A DNA stretch of 64,000 bases from Dehalococcoidia bacterium (GCA_965197585.1 OZ240215.1:2464001-2528000); one strand, 5' to 3'. Shown: positions 1-8,993, counted from the first letter of the stretch. The notes: a model not told the origin generated them from the letters alone. Numbers and translations are program-made.

Positions 1-613
1 GCATCGACACGTCCACCCGCTGCCCCTCCCCCGACACCTCCCGCCAATGCAAGGCTGAAAGCGCCGCTATCGCCCCCGTCATCCCCGACTTGAGCTGCGG
101 CAGATAACCTCCTGATGCGACCGGCTCCTCATCGGGATACCCTGTCGGGTACATCAGCCCACTTATCGCGTGCTCGATAAGCTCGTTGGCCTTGTACCCC
201 GCGTACGGCCCCCACTGCCCGAAATCCGACACCGATATTTGCACCAGCCCCGGATTCCTGGAGCTCAATTCATCATATCCGAGCCCCATCTCTTCCATAA
301 ACCCCGGATCGAAGCTCTCCACCAGCACGTCGGCCTCTTCGGCCAGCCGCTGAAATATCCGCCGCCCCGTGGTCCTGGTCAAATCCAGGGTTATGCTCCG
401 TTTACCGCCGTTCAGGTAGATAAAAAACCCACTGCTCTCCCGACCCGGGAAATCGTTGAAGAACGGCGCATAGTCCCGCACCGGGTCCCCCGACACCGGA
501 GGCTCGACCTTCACCACCTCCGCCCCTCCCCGCCCCAGCAGCCTCGCACAAAACGCCCCCCCGATGCCGTTGCTAACGTCGAGTACCTTTAGATGGGAAA
601 GCCAGTTGTTCAT
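1..613 (-). CDS. CoA-transferase family III (CaiB/BaiF), runs off the window start
   Basis: Not in ORF track. Manual translation from ATG at 613: MNNWLSHLKVLDVSNGIGGAFCARLLGRGGAEVVKVEPP..GDPVR..YLNGGKRSITLDL..ADVLVESF..FGQWGPYA, typical CaiB/BaiF N-terminal motifs. Confidence 0.9.
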   Translation of the reverse strand, partial: MNNWLSHLKVLDVSNGIGGAFCARLLGRGGAEVVKVEPPVSGDPVRDYAPFFNDFPGRESSGFFIYLNGGKRSITLDLTRTTGRRIFQRLAEEADVLVESFDPGFMEEMGLGYDELSSRNPGLVQISVSDFGQWGPYAGYKANELIEHAISGLMYPTGYPDEEPVASGGYLPQLKSGMTGAIAALSALHWREVSGEGQRVDVSM

Positions 614-750
614 TCTTATACTGCTGGAGAGACCATCCTCTCCAGCAGATCCATCTCCTGCCTAAAATGCGGGCGTCACATGCACAAAAAGCATGTGACG
701 CCCGGTTCTTGCGTCTTCTCTTGAGGGGGCGAGGATCTCCCCTCTTGCCC

Positions 751-2085
751 CTAGTACCCTATCGCATCCAGCGACGCGTCCACCGCGTCCACGTAAGCAT
801 CCATCTCCTCGTGACCCATCACCGTCGAGATGCAGCTCAGCCCCCGACCCGCATATACAATGCCGTGCCCCAGCATCTCGTGGCTGAACTTGTTGAACGT
901 CTCCTGTCCAGGCCCGGACGCCGAGAAGTCCCGGAAGTCGTTCATATCCTGGTCCGTCAGGTGGAACCAGAACAGAGACCCGGAGCCCGTGATCTGCGCC
1001 GGCACTTCTTTCCGCACAATTAGGTCGCTCAGCTTACCTCTCACGTAGTCGCCCAGCCCACCTATCCGGTCGAACGCCTCAGGCGTCATCATTTTCATCG
1101 CCGTCAGCCCCGCCGTCATCGTCACCGGGTTCGCGTTGAAAGTCCCTCCGTGATGGACCTGGTGCCCCGACCTATGGTCGAAGACTTCCATCACGTCGTC
1201 CGAGCCTGCCACCGCCCCCACAGGGAAACCTCCCCCGATTATCTTCGCCAGTGCAGTTATGTCCGGCTTGATCCCATGTTGCTCAAGCGCTCCCTTATAG
1301 GAGAGCCGGAAACTGATGACTTCGTCCGAGATCAGAAGTATCCCGTAGTCCTGCGTTATTCGTCTTATCGACTCCAGGAAGCCCGGCTTGGGCGGTATCC
1401 ACCCGAGTGCCGCAGGTAGCGGATCGATGACCACCGCCGCCAGCTCGTCCTTGTGCTTCTCTATGATCGAGGCGCAAGCGTCGAAGTTGTTCCACGGCAT
1501 CGCGATCACTTCTTCCGTGACCACTGGCGATACGCTCGGCTCAGACACGCTGGTCGGGAATACGGAGTCGCCCCACTCACCTGGGTTGGCGGCCTCGCTC
1601 ACCTGGGCGTAGTCGTAGCTCCCGTGGTAGGCGCCCTCAATCTTGGCGATCTTGTACTTGCCCGTCCGAGCCCGAGCAGCCTTAATCGACAGCATCACCG
1701 CCTCACTCCCTGAGTTGCAGAACCGGATCTTGTCGATGGAGTCGATTCGGTCGACCAGCAGGTTCGCCAGTTCCAGCTCGGGCTCCGTCGGCATCGCGAA
1801 GGCCGTCCCCTTCTCCAGTTGCTTGCTGACCGCTTCCACTATCGCCGGATGCGCGTGCCCGTGGATCAGCGAAGTCATGTTGTTGATGAAGTCGAGCCGC
1901 TCCTCGCCCTCAACGTCTCTCAGCTTGAACCCGCTCGCACTGCTCACGTAGATCGGGTACGGATTCATCGTCACCGAGTGTCGGCTGTTTCCCCCCGGCA
2001 GCACCCTCAGACCCTGCTCGTAAAGCTGTTTCGACCGCGACGCTTCGGACCTGTACGCGATAGTCTCGGGGCCTTTGCCGGTCAT
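751..2085 (-). CDS. Class-III PLP aminotransferase, glutamate-1-semialdehyde aminomutase-like
   Basis: LPGGNSR, FCNSGSEA, GAYHG, DEVISFR, ALAKIIGGG (PLP lysine), GTFNANP. Start moved to ATG 2085 (MTGKGPET), preceded by AGGAGGT. Confidence 0.88.
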   Translation of the reverse strand: MTGKGPETIAYRSEASRSKQLYEQGLRVLPGGNSRHSVTMNPYPIYVSSASGFKLRDVEGEERLDFINNMTSLIHGHAHPAIVEAVSKQLEKGTAFAMPTEPELELANLLVDRIDSIDKIRFCNSGSEAVMLSIKAARARTGKYKIAKIEGAYHGSYDYAQVSEAANPGEWGDSVFPTSVSEPSVSPVVTEEVIAMPWNNFDACASIIEKHKDELAAVVIDPLPAALGWIPPKPGFLESIRRITQDYGILLISDEVISFRLSYKGALEQHGIKPDITALAKIIGGGFPVGAVAGSDDVMEVFDHRSGHQVHHGGTFNANPVTMTAGLTAMKMMTPEAFDRIGGLGDYVRGKLSDLIVRKEVPAQITGSGSLFWFHLTDQDMNDFRDFSASGPGQETFNKFSHEMLGHGIVYAGRGLSCISTVMGHEEMDAYVDAVDASLDAIGY

Positions 2086-2369
2086 GGGATACCTCCTAGT
2101 AATAAAGCCCCCGTCCAGGGGCTGAAAAAGAATATCAGACCCCCCACCCCCACGCAACGCCCCACATAGTCCCCTCTTCCTCAATGTGTCAAAGATGCGC
2201 CGAGGCGTGACGCTTGCATAACCGGCATTCCCGCGTAAGCATGTTCCCGAAATACAGCCTTTCCATTCCTGGGGGCAGGGTATTCCGCTCGCCCTGTCGA
2301 AGATGCGCCGTGGCGTGAGCGAAGTCGAAGGGTCTCAAGAACGGAAAGGGGGCAGGGTCCTCCCTCCCC

Positions 2370-3110
2370 CAAATGTGACACGAACCCCTTGACCAAAGCA
2401 AAACACTTGTGCTATATTCTCCCCTGAATGGCCAATCACTCACCCTAACCACCAAGGAGGAACCAAAAACTAGGGAAGCCCACCCGACCCCACCCGAGGA
2501 CTCAACGTCTCAGCCCATCCCAACGGCCCTCGCGCAGGCCCACGGCTCAAGCGAAAGTCGCCATCTCCTCAACCATCGGGTCCCGTGTACCCTTCCCCCT
2601 TCCCTGACCCCCAGGCGATGGAAGACGCCCTGGACCGTACTTAAAAGTCTCCTCATGGAGCAACCTTGTCCCATGGAGCGGAACGGGGCGGCCCGTAGCC
2701 GAGGCCCCCTCGGCTCTCCGTCCGCTTCCTCAAATAAAACTGGACTGTCCGCCACTCCCGGCTCCTGGATACAGGCGGCTAACTGGATACCCCGTACTCC
2801 TGCGAGGGGAACTGACCCTGGACTTTCCCCTTCCTGCACCCGCCTACGGCGGACAGCGCAGCCAACCCTCATTGGAGCCTATGACGGATGACGGACCCGT
2901 ACGTCCGACCATACTTCCAGGTCTAGGCGGCGGCGGAGACCCGTCCCACGCTCCCGGGACGCCTCCTAGCCCGCATTATCTAAATGTAGGCAGCCGAATC
3001 CAGCAAGCGTCTTTCATCGCCTTCCCACCAACAAACGACATACCAAACAAGACCCCACAATCGAAGATGGAACATCCGCCTTGGGCGGGTCCGCCTCAAG
3101 AGGACCGAAT
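2370..3110 (+). ncRNA. Putative large structured ncRNA element, copy A (promoter + conserved scaffold + variable cargo + conserved tail)
   Basis: Shares promoter, ~200-nt 5' region and 3' tail with 18160-18930(-) and 62793-63460(+). Arms 2613-2628 and 3007-3022 pair (16 bp, one G-U). Confidence 0.65.
2389..2418 (+). promoter_or_regulatory. sigma70-type promoter TTGACC-N18-TATATT with extended -10 TG
   Basis: Same -35 hexamer and spacing in copies B (-10 TATTCT) and C (-10 TACTAT). Confidence 0.65.
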
Positions 3111-3115
3111 ACCCC

Positions 3116-4036
3116 CTACTTAAACCCCACCATCACCTCTTTCGCAAACCGCTCTACCTGCGATATCCCCTCCTCCGGCGGACACACGACGTTCATCACA
3201 AACTCCGTCACCCCAACGTCCACGAACGCCTGTAACATCTCTCGCATCCGGTCTGCCGTCCCCAGCAGGTGAGGCGCATTCGCGGGCACGGTTGTCGAGC
3301 TGCCATATCTCCGCGTAAACACCCCCGAGGCTATCTCCGCCGACTCCTCCGCACTCCCCGAGAAGCACAGGAACAGGTGCATCACCCTCGTCATCGCCGA
3401 GTCCCCCCGCCCCGACTCCCGCGCATGCTTCTCGGCCTGCTCGAACATCGCCTTAGCCTCCTCCGGTGTCTTGCTCACAGGGATTAGTGAGTCGGCGAAC
3501 CGTCCAGCCCTTCTCACCACCGACGCCGCTCCTCCCCCGACATGTATCCGAGGGTGAGGCTTCTGCACCGGTTTGGGGACCAGTTGATATTCATCCAGGT
3601 CAAAATGCTTTCCGTGGAACGTCACCGAGTCCTCTGTCCACAACCTCTTGATCACCTCCAACGCCTCATCCGACCAGCTCGCCCTGTGCCGTACGTTGCC
3701 CCCGTATGCCTTGAAGTCGGGCCCTTCGTTACCCACTCCGACTCCCAGCACCGCCCTGCCCCCGGACAGGATGTCCAGGCTTGCCACCGTCTGCGCCACC
3801 ATCACAGGGTTCCTGAGCGGCAGCAGCATCACCGACGGGCCTACCATCAGCTTGCTGGTGTGGGCCGCCATGAACGACAACGCCGTGAAACACTCCAACG
3901 ACGACGCCCCCGACCCTATGTTCTCCGTTACCCAAAGCGAGTCTAACCCCAGTTCTTCAACCTTTTGAGCGTACGCCGGAAGGTCCGTGAAGTCGTCCCG
4001 CTCCGAATAAGTCACGCCGAACTTGATGTCTGACAT
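3116..4036 (-). CDS. LLM-class (luciferase-like) flavin-dependent oxidoreductase
   Basis: DSLWVTE, LLPLRNP, LDILSGGRAVLGVGVG, PKPVQKPHPRIHVGG. Confidence 0.9.
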   Translation of the reverse strand: MSDIKFGVTYSERDDFTDLPAYAQKVEELGLDSLWVTENIGSGASSLECFTALSFMAAHTSKLMVGPSVMLLPLRNPVMVAQTVASLDILSGGRAVLGVGVGNEGPDFKAYGGNVRHRASWSDEALEVIKRLWTEDSVTFHGKHFDLDEYQLVPKPVQKPHPRIHVGGGAASVVRRAGRFADSLIPVSKTPEEAKAMFEQAEKHARESGRGDSAMTRVMHLFLCFSGSAEESAEIASGVFTRRYGSSTTVPANAPHLLGTADRMREMLQAFVDVGVTEFVMNVVCPPEEGISQVERFAKEVMVGFK

Positions 4037-4051
4037 GTCAGTTCACCTCTG

Positions 4052-4969
4052 CTATTTGAAATTCGGCATTATCTCCCGTGCCACCTTCTCCACCGTTGCC
4101 GGGACCTCTCCCGCCGGACACACCGGGTCGAGAATAACGTGCGTCGCCCCCGCTGCCTCGTATTCCTTCAACACCCTAACACACTCCTCTACCGTTCCCA
4201 GAACGGCGTTCACCCCTGCGTGGATATGGTAAACCGGGTATGTGTATCGAGCCAGCAGCGTCGCCCTCGCTACCTCCAGTGCGCCCTCCGCAGAGCCCCC
4301 AAAGTTCACGTACAGGTAAATCCCATTCGCAAACTCTCTCGACTCCCTCCCACACTCTCGCCGGTATCCCTCTATCTTCCTGTACATCTCTGCCGTATCT
4401 CCCGGCGCCGTGTGTGCCGGTATGAACCCGTCCCCCCACCTCCCTGCCCGCCGAAGTACGGGGGGTGCATCTCCCCCGACCCAGATCGGTGGATAAGGTC
4501 GCTGATACGGCCTCGCCCCAAGAGCGTAGTCCGAAAACTGCGAGAACTTGCCTTCAAAGGTGACTGGCTCCCCAGTCCAAAGCTTGGTCATTATCTCCAG
4601 CGTTTCGTCGCACCGCTTGCCCCGCTCGCTCAAGGGCACACTGTAGGCCTTATATCCCTCAACCGCGTTCCCCCCCGACCCTACCCCAAGTATGAACCGC
4701 CCTTCCGAGAGGTGGTCTACCGTCGCCACAGCGTGTGCGAATCCAACTGGGTTCCGGAGAGGCAGAAGCACCACGGCCGGCCCTATCGTGATCCGCTCCG
4801 TATACGCGGCGAACTGGCTCAGGACCACCATCGGTTCCAAGGCCTCGGGGCCGCTGTGCACGTTCTCCGTCACCCACAGGGAGTCGTAGCCCGATGATTC
4901 CACCAGCCGTGCCCACTCCCGAGCCTGCTTCGCGTCCTGGTAGTAAGCGTAAGATATTCCGAATTTCAT
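4052..4969 (-). CDS. LLM-class flavin-dependent oxidoreductase
   Basis: DSLWVTE, LLPLRNP, DHLSEGRFILGVG, PPIWVGG; tandem paralog of 3116-4036. Confidence 0.9.
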   Translation of the reverse strand: MKFGISYAYYQDAKQAREWARLVESSGYDSLWVTENVHSGPEALEPMVVLSQFAAYTERITIGPAVVLLPLRNPVGFAHAVATVDHLSEGRFILGVGSGGNAVEGYKAYSVPLSERGKRCDETLEIMTKLWTGEPVTFEGKFSQFSDYALGARPYQRPYPPIWVGGDAPPVLRRAGRWGDGFIPAHTAPGDTAEMYRKIEGYRRECGRESREFANGIYLYVNFGGSAEGALEVARATLLARYTYPVYHIHAGVNAVLGTVEECVRVLKEYEAAGATHVILDPVCPAGEVPATVEKVAREIMPNFK

Positions 4970-5005
4970 TTAGCTATCCCTACTCGTTTCTCTATGACGC
5001 GCACA

Positions 5006-6028
5006 CTAGCTCATCAAAAAGCCGTGCTTTAGCGGGTCGTCAGGGTCTATTACAAACTGGTGCATCGCCGTCACGTACGCCGACCCCGTGAGCTCAGGCA
5101 CTATAGCCGGGTAGTCCCCGACCTTAGTCTCTCCGATCGCCCGGGCCCGGAACAGTGTCCCGATGTAGCTTTCGTAAACGAATTCTTCACCCTTGCCTAT
5201 CTTCCTGCCGGCGTACATCACCGCCAGCCGAGAGCAAGTCCCCGTCCCGCACGGCGACCGGTCAATGCTCCCCGGCGGTATCACCACGACATTCTTGGAA
5301 TCGGCCTCCGGGTGGGTGGGAGGCCCGTAGAATTGCACCTGCATCGTGCCCCCGAAGTAGGACTGCTCTCTGCCATTCGGCTCAGGGTGCACTATTTCCA
5401 GCTGGTCCAGAGCATCATCCCTAATGCTTATTCCCGACGATATGATCTTCTCCAGCTCCCCCTCCCCAAGTGTCAGCCCCACCGACTCCGCAGGCACGAG
5501 CAGGTAGTACATCCCCCCATAAGCCACGTCCAGCACGACTTCCCCAAACTCCCTCGTATTTACGCTCACATCCTTCTCGTACAGGAACGCCGGCACGTTC
5601 TGGATTGTCACCGATTTCGCCCTTCCCCCCTCCACCAGCACCCGCGCCTCAATCAACCCCGCCAACGTCTCCAGGTTTATCCTGGTTACCGGCTCTTGCA
5701 CTTCCACCATGTCCGTCTCCACCAGCACAGTGCATGTCGCTATAGTGCAGTGGCCGCACATAGGCACGTATCCCTGCGGCTCCAGGATGATCATCCCCAC
5801 GTCGGCCCCCGGCATCGAAGGTTCCGTTATCACCGTCGCACACATTCCGCTGTGTCCCCGTGGCTCGAACAGTACCGCCGTCCGAAGGTGGTCCATTTCG
5901 TCACGCAGATACTGAGTCTTCTCCACCACCGACTTGCCGGGAATCATAGGAAAACCGCCGGTTATCACCCTCAGGGGACACCCGGCGGCATGTGCCTCAA
6001 CACTACTTATCACATTAGAGATGTTCAT
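5006..6028 (-). CDS. Proline racemase / hydroxyproline 2-epimerase family protein
   Basis: EPRGH, MCGH and DRSPCGTG, both catalytic Cys motifs. Confidence 0.92.
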   Translation of the reverse strand: MNISNVISSVEAHAAGCPLRVITGGFPMIPGKSVVEKTQYLRDEMDHLRTAVLFEPRGHSGMCATVITEPSMPGADVGMIILEPQGYVPMCGHCTIATCTVLVETDMVEVQEPVTRINLETLAGLIEARVLVEGGRAKSVTIQNVPAFLYEKDVSVNTREFGEVVLDVAYGGMYYLLVPAESVGLTLGEGELEKIISSGISIRDDALDQLEIVHPEPNGREQSYFGGTMQVQFYGPPTHPEADSKNVVVIPPGSIDRSPCGTGTCSRLAVMYAGRKIGKGEEFVYESYIGTLFRARAIGETKVGDYPAIVPELTGSAYVTAMHQFVIDPDDPLKHGFLMS

Positions 6029-6123
6029 TCATGTGTAAACGGGCCTACATCAATCCTGTTTGCATTAGCTAAAATCTAGAATTAGTTGAATTGCTGGGCC
6101 TGTATAGGGGTTGTAGGTCGACT

Positions 6124-6474
6124 TTAGGACTTTTGCTGGATTGCACGGTTCAACAGCGTCTTTCTTACCCGCCCATTTACACCAATAAGGCCAAGCGTGG
6201 CAAGCTTATAATATTCAGTCTTATTGTATCTTCCTAATTTTCTTTCCATTACGTATAAGCAGTGGTAGGCTTTTATCTGCTCCACCTCTTCTACGTTAAG
6301 GCGGGATTGCATCATGGCATCGTACAAGTGAGGCCGTGATATATCTTTGGTTATCATATCTACATAAGTCTGGTCAGCTAAGCCCTCCAATATTTTCCAG
6401 ACGGGCATAGTTTCCTTCTTCTTTTCGCTGCCTAGGAGCCGTTTTAGTAATCCAATCATGAACAACTTATACAC
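6124..6474 (-). CDS. Hypothetical protein, AT-rich orphan
   Basis: 116-aa ORF in a low-GC patch with GGAG upstream; no recognisable motif. Confidence 0.55.
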   Translation of the reverse strand: MYKLFMIGLLKRLLGSEKKKETMPVWKILEGLADQTYVDMITKDISRPHLYDAMMQSRLNVEEVEQIKAYHCLYVMERKLGRYNKTEYYKLATLGLIGVNGRVRKTLLNRAIQQKS

Positions 6475-6534
6475 TCCGTAAATACAAATAGATCAACATG
6501 TCCGACTTTAGAGACGCATAAAGAGGAGGACGTC

Positions 6535-7512
6535 CTACAACTGATACGCCAAATCCACCCCCGACACCTCCTCCCAATCCCCATCCCTCGACACATAGAA
6601 TTCTAGTCGTAGCCCGTCCGGGTCAAGCAGGAAGAAGCTCCTCTTGGTCGACGAGTCGATACTAGCCTCCGGCTCAATTCCCCTGGCCTTGACTGCCGCC
6701 TCTGCCGCTTCCACTTCCTCTTCGCTCTTCAACTCAAACCCGACATGGTGCATCCCCGGCTCCCGACCCTCTGTCAAAGGCAGTATCACCAGGTCATGCC
6801 TGTCCAGGGGACCCGTGAACACGGTATAAGACCCATCCGCCCCTGCTTGTGCGACCTCCAGCCCAGCCACGTCCTTGTAGAAATCCACCAGTCCTTCGTA
6901 GTCTTGGGCCACCAGTGCTCCGTGCCCCACCTGTCTGCTCGGTATTATCGCTCCAGGGTTAGGCACGAGGTCGGGGTTATCGGCGTATCTCGGGGCCGTG
7001 CTTCGCTCTGCCGTCTGTGGTGTCCACTTGACCGTCAGCACCTCCGTATTCCCGTCCCGCCACACTTCTCGCCAGTCCTTGGCAGCATCAGCGTAGAACT
7101 CGTGATAGTTGCCCTCGGGATCAAAAAGATAAACGCTATGCGAAACTTGGTGGTCCGCCGTCCGGTGGATCGGCAGCCCCGACTCCAGCGCCCGCTCATA
7201 AGCCTCCAGCAACACGAGCTCGTTCTCCATCTCCCACCCAAAGTGGTTCAGCCCGGGCCTCATGCCTCGCTTATCCGATATCAGGCTCGACCCGTCTCCG
7301 GCCTTCCGCGCCCTCGCCGATATCTCGATCAGGGCGACGTCATGATGCGAGCTCCCGTTGCTCAGGAATATAGCCTTGATCGGCGGCTCCCGGAACACCT
7401 CGCTGAGCCCGCACACTTTCGTGTAGAACTCCATCGAGCGCTCCAACTCCCCAACGAACAAATTCGCATGCCCCAACCTCCGAGGCCTGAACATCACACT
7501 CATTTCACCCAT
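6535..7512 (-). CDS. VOC-family protein, extradiol (catechol 2,3-) dioxygenase-like
   Basis: Two VOC modules: LGHANLFV, HHDVAL, GLNHFG, SVYLFDPEGN, GMHHVGF, DPDGLRLEF. Confidence 0.85.
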   Translation of the reverse strand: MGEMSVMFRPRRLGHANLFVGELERSMEFYTKVCGLSEVFREPPIKAIFLSNGSSHHDVALIEISARARKAGDGSSLISDKRGMRPGLNHFGWEMENELVLLEAYERALESGLPIHRTADHQVSHSVYLFDPEGNYHEFYADAAKDWREVWRDGNTEVLTVKWTPQTAERSTAPRYADNPDLVPNPGAIIPSRQVGHGALVAQDYEGLVDFYKDVAGLEVAQAGADGSYTVFTGPLDRHDLVILPLTEGREPGMHHVGFELKSEEEVEAAEAAVKARGIEPEASIDSSTKRSFFLLDPDGLRLEFYVSRDGDWEEVSGVDLAYQL

Positions 7513-7538
7513 CTCATCTTCTCCTATCCTTCGGAATC

Positions 7539-7575
7539 CCCTCTCCCTTGACTGGAGAGGGCTAGGGTGAGGGTG
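7539..7575. repeat. CCCTCTCCC-loop-GGGAGAGGG(CTAGGGTGAGGG) palindromic intergenic repeat family
   Basis: Further copies at about 8698, 16823, 25678, 44487, 45463, 59521 and 61259, mostly at gene ends. Confidence 0.8.
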
Positions 7576-7587
7576 ACCCCCTCCCCC

Positions 7588-8679
7588 CTACAACCCGTGC
7601 ACCTTCGCCACATTCCCACCGACCAGCTTCTCCTGGTCCTCGCTCGAAAGACCATCCAGTATCCGCTCCAGCGACTCGTGCGCGTCCAGCCCTATCGACC
7701 GGATATGCGGGAAGTCCGATCCCCACATCACCCCATCCGCCCCGATGTGATTTACCGCGTCACGCCCGAACGGGTCGTCGATCATCCCGTGCCACATCCG
7801 TTTCTTTATGTAGTCGCTGGCCAGCATGTCCAGCTTCTCCATCGGCATCCGGTGCGCCGCTGCCCCTTGCACCTGGTCCATCCGGAACATGAACATCGGC
7901 ACCCAGGCTATCTCCCACTCCGCGCAGATCAGCTTCAGTTTGGGGAATCGGTCTAATATTCGACCGAATATGAAGTCGTCGGCCAGCGTGGTGGTCAGCT
8001 CCAGGAACAGATCGACCCACGTGCTGGGCGCCCTCTCCATGTCTTCCCTGGTGTGGAAGTGCAAGGGGTCCGGCACCCGACCCGTTATCGAGTGCAAAGT
8101 GATGGAAATCCCTGCGTCCTCCGCTGCCGCCCAAAACGGGTCGTAGTATTTGTCCCTGTACGGCTTCGACCCCTCAGGCGGAACGACGTTGATCATCGCA
8201 CCCTTGAGGCCCTTCTTCGATATCCGTTCCAACTCCGCCAGTCCCCAATCCACGTCCTCCATAGGCACCGCCCCGATCCCGATAAGTGTGCTTGGACTGT
8301 ACGACACGAACTCCGCCAGCCAGTCGTTATACGTTTGCGCCGCCGCCCGTACCACCTCCCGGTCCCGACCCTGCATCGCCAGCATCATCAGCGTCGGGTT
8401 CAGCACCTCCGCCTCGACCTTGGCCTCCTGCTGGAACTTGACCCGCTTCGCCGGGTCCTTGCCCGCGTCGACCAGGTCGCCCATGTCGGCCATTTCGGCC
8501 TCGGTCTCGTCGATCTTCAGGTACTGAGCGCCCGTATAGAAGAACCGGCCCTTTTTCCCCAGGTGCTCATTGACGATGCGCGGCGTCCGCTCACCGTATT
8601 TGGCGCCTATCGCGTCCCACCACAGCTCCGTCGGCTCGACAACATGGGAATCCGCCGAAATTACTCTGTCAAACTTCAA
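7588..8679 (-). CDS. Amidohydrolase_2 family protein
   Basis: ADSHVVEP, YNDWLAEF, ITLH, DRFPKLK, MWGSDFPH; TTG start with GGAGG RBS. Confidence 0.9.
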   Translation of the reverse strand: MKFDRVISADSHVVEPTELWWDAIGAKYGERTPRIVNEHLGKKGRFFYTGAQYLKIDETEAEMADMGDLVDAGKDPAKRVKFQQEAKVEAEVLNPTLMMLAMQGRDREVVRAAAQTYNDWLAEFVSYSPSTLIGIGAVPMEDVDWGLAELERISKKGLKGAMINVVPPEGSKPYRDKYYDPFWAAAEDAGISITLHSITGRVPDPLHFHTREDMERAPSTWVDLFLELTTTLADDFIFGRILDRFPKLKLICAEWEIAWVPMFMFRMDQVQGAAAHRMPMEKLDMLASDYIKKRMWHGMIDDPFGRDAVNHIGADGVMWGSDFPHIRSIGLDAHESLERILDGLSSEDQEKLVGGNVAKVHGL

Positions 8680-8837
8680 TTATTTCCTCCGTCCATCCCC
8701 TCTCCCTTAACGGGAGTCGTAGATGCTGCAAGTGCGCTTTTGGCGTACGCCGAGGCGTGAGGGATAGGGCTATAGTGGCTCCCCCAACCGCCCGATTCTA
8801 CCCAAAAACCCCCCACCCTTCAATCAAACTACCCCCC

Positions 8838-8861
8838 GTAGGGGCGACCGGCTGGTCGCCT
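8838..8861 (+). repeat. GTAG-type REP palindrome
   Basis: GTAGGGGCGACCGGCTGGTCGCC: GTAG tetranucleotide followed by a hairpin, as in RAYT-associated REPs. Confidence 0.65.
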
Positions 8862-8899
8862 TCCCTGCCGAACACCCCTCACAGGGAGAACCCCACGAT

Positions 8900-8972
8900 C
8901 TGTTACCCATGTCTCCGAACATGTGTTACCTATCTCCCCGAACAACTGTTACCTATGTCCCCGGTCTGTACC
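8900..8972. mobile_element. Solo IS end remnant (IS481-like) with three 23-bp-period direct repeats
   Basis: TGTTACCYATSTCYCCG at 8901, 8924 and 8947, ending ...GGTCTGTAC; no transposase adjacent. Confidence 0.6.
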
Positions 8973-8993
8973 GTGGTGATTCCTCTCCCCCCA

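Noticed and set aside
2409-2891. Similar ORFs (KEEPK...PPEDSTS.PIP.ALAQA.GSS) at 2409, 18467-18895 and 62829
   Set aside because: Their GTG starts lie within the -10 region upstream of the expected transcription start. Indels and 21-22-nt insertions shift frames between copies, and lengths differ. Two indels in copy A do restore the frame, so coding cannot be fully excluded.
8900-8972. Possible CRISPR array (also considered for 58366-58480)
   Set aside because: Repeats are nearly contiguous with no spacer-length unique sequence, and there are no cas genes.
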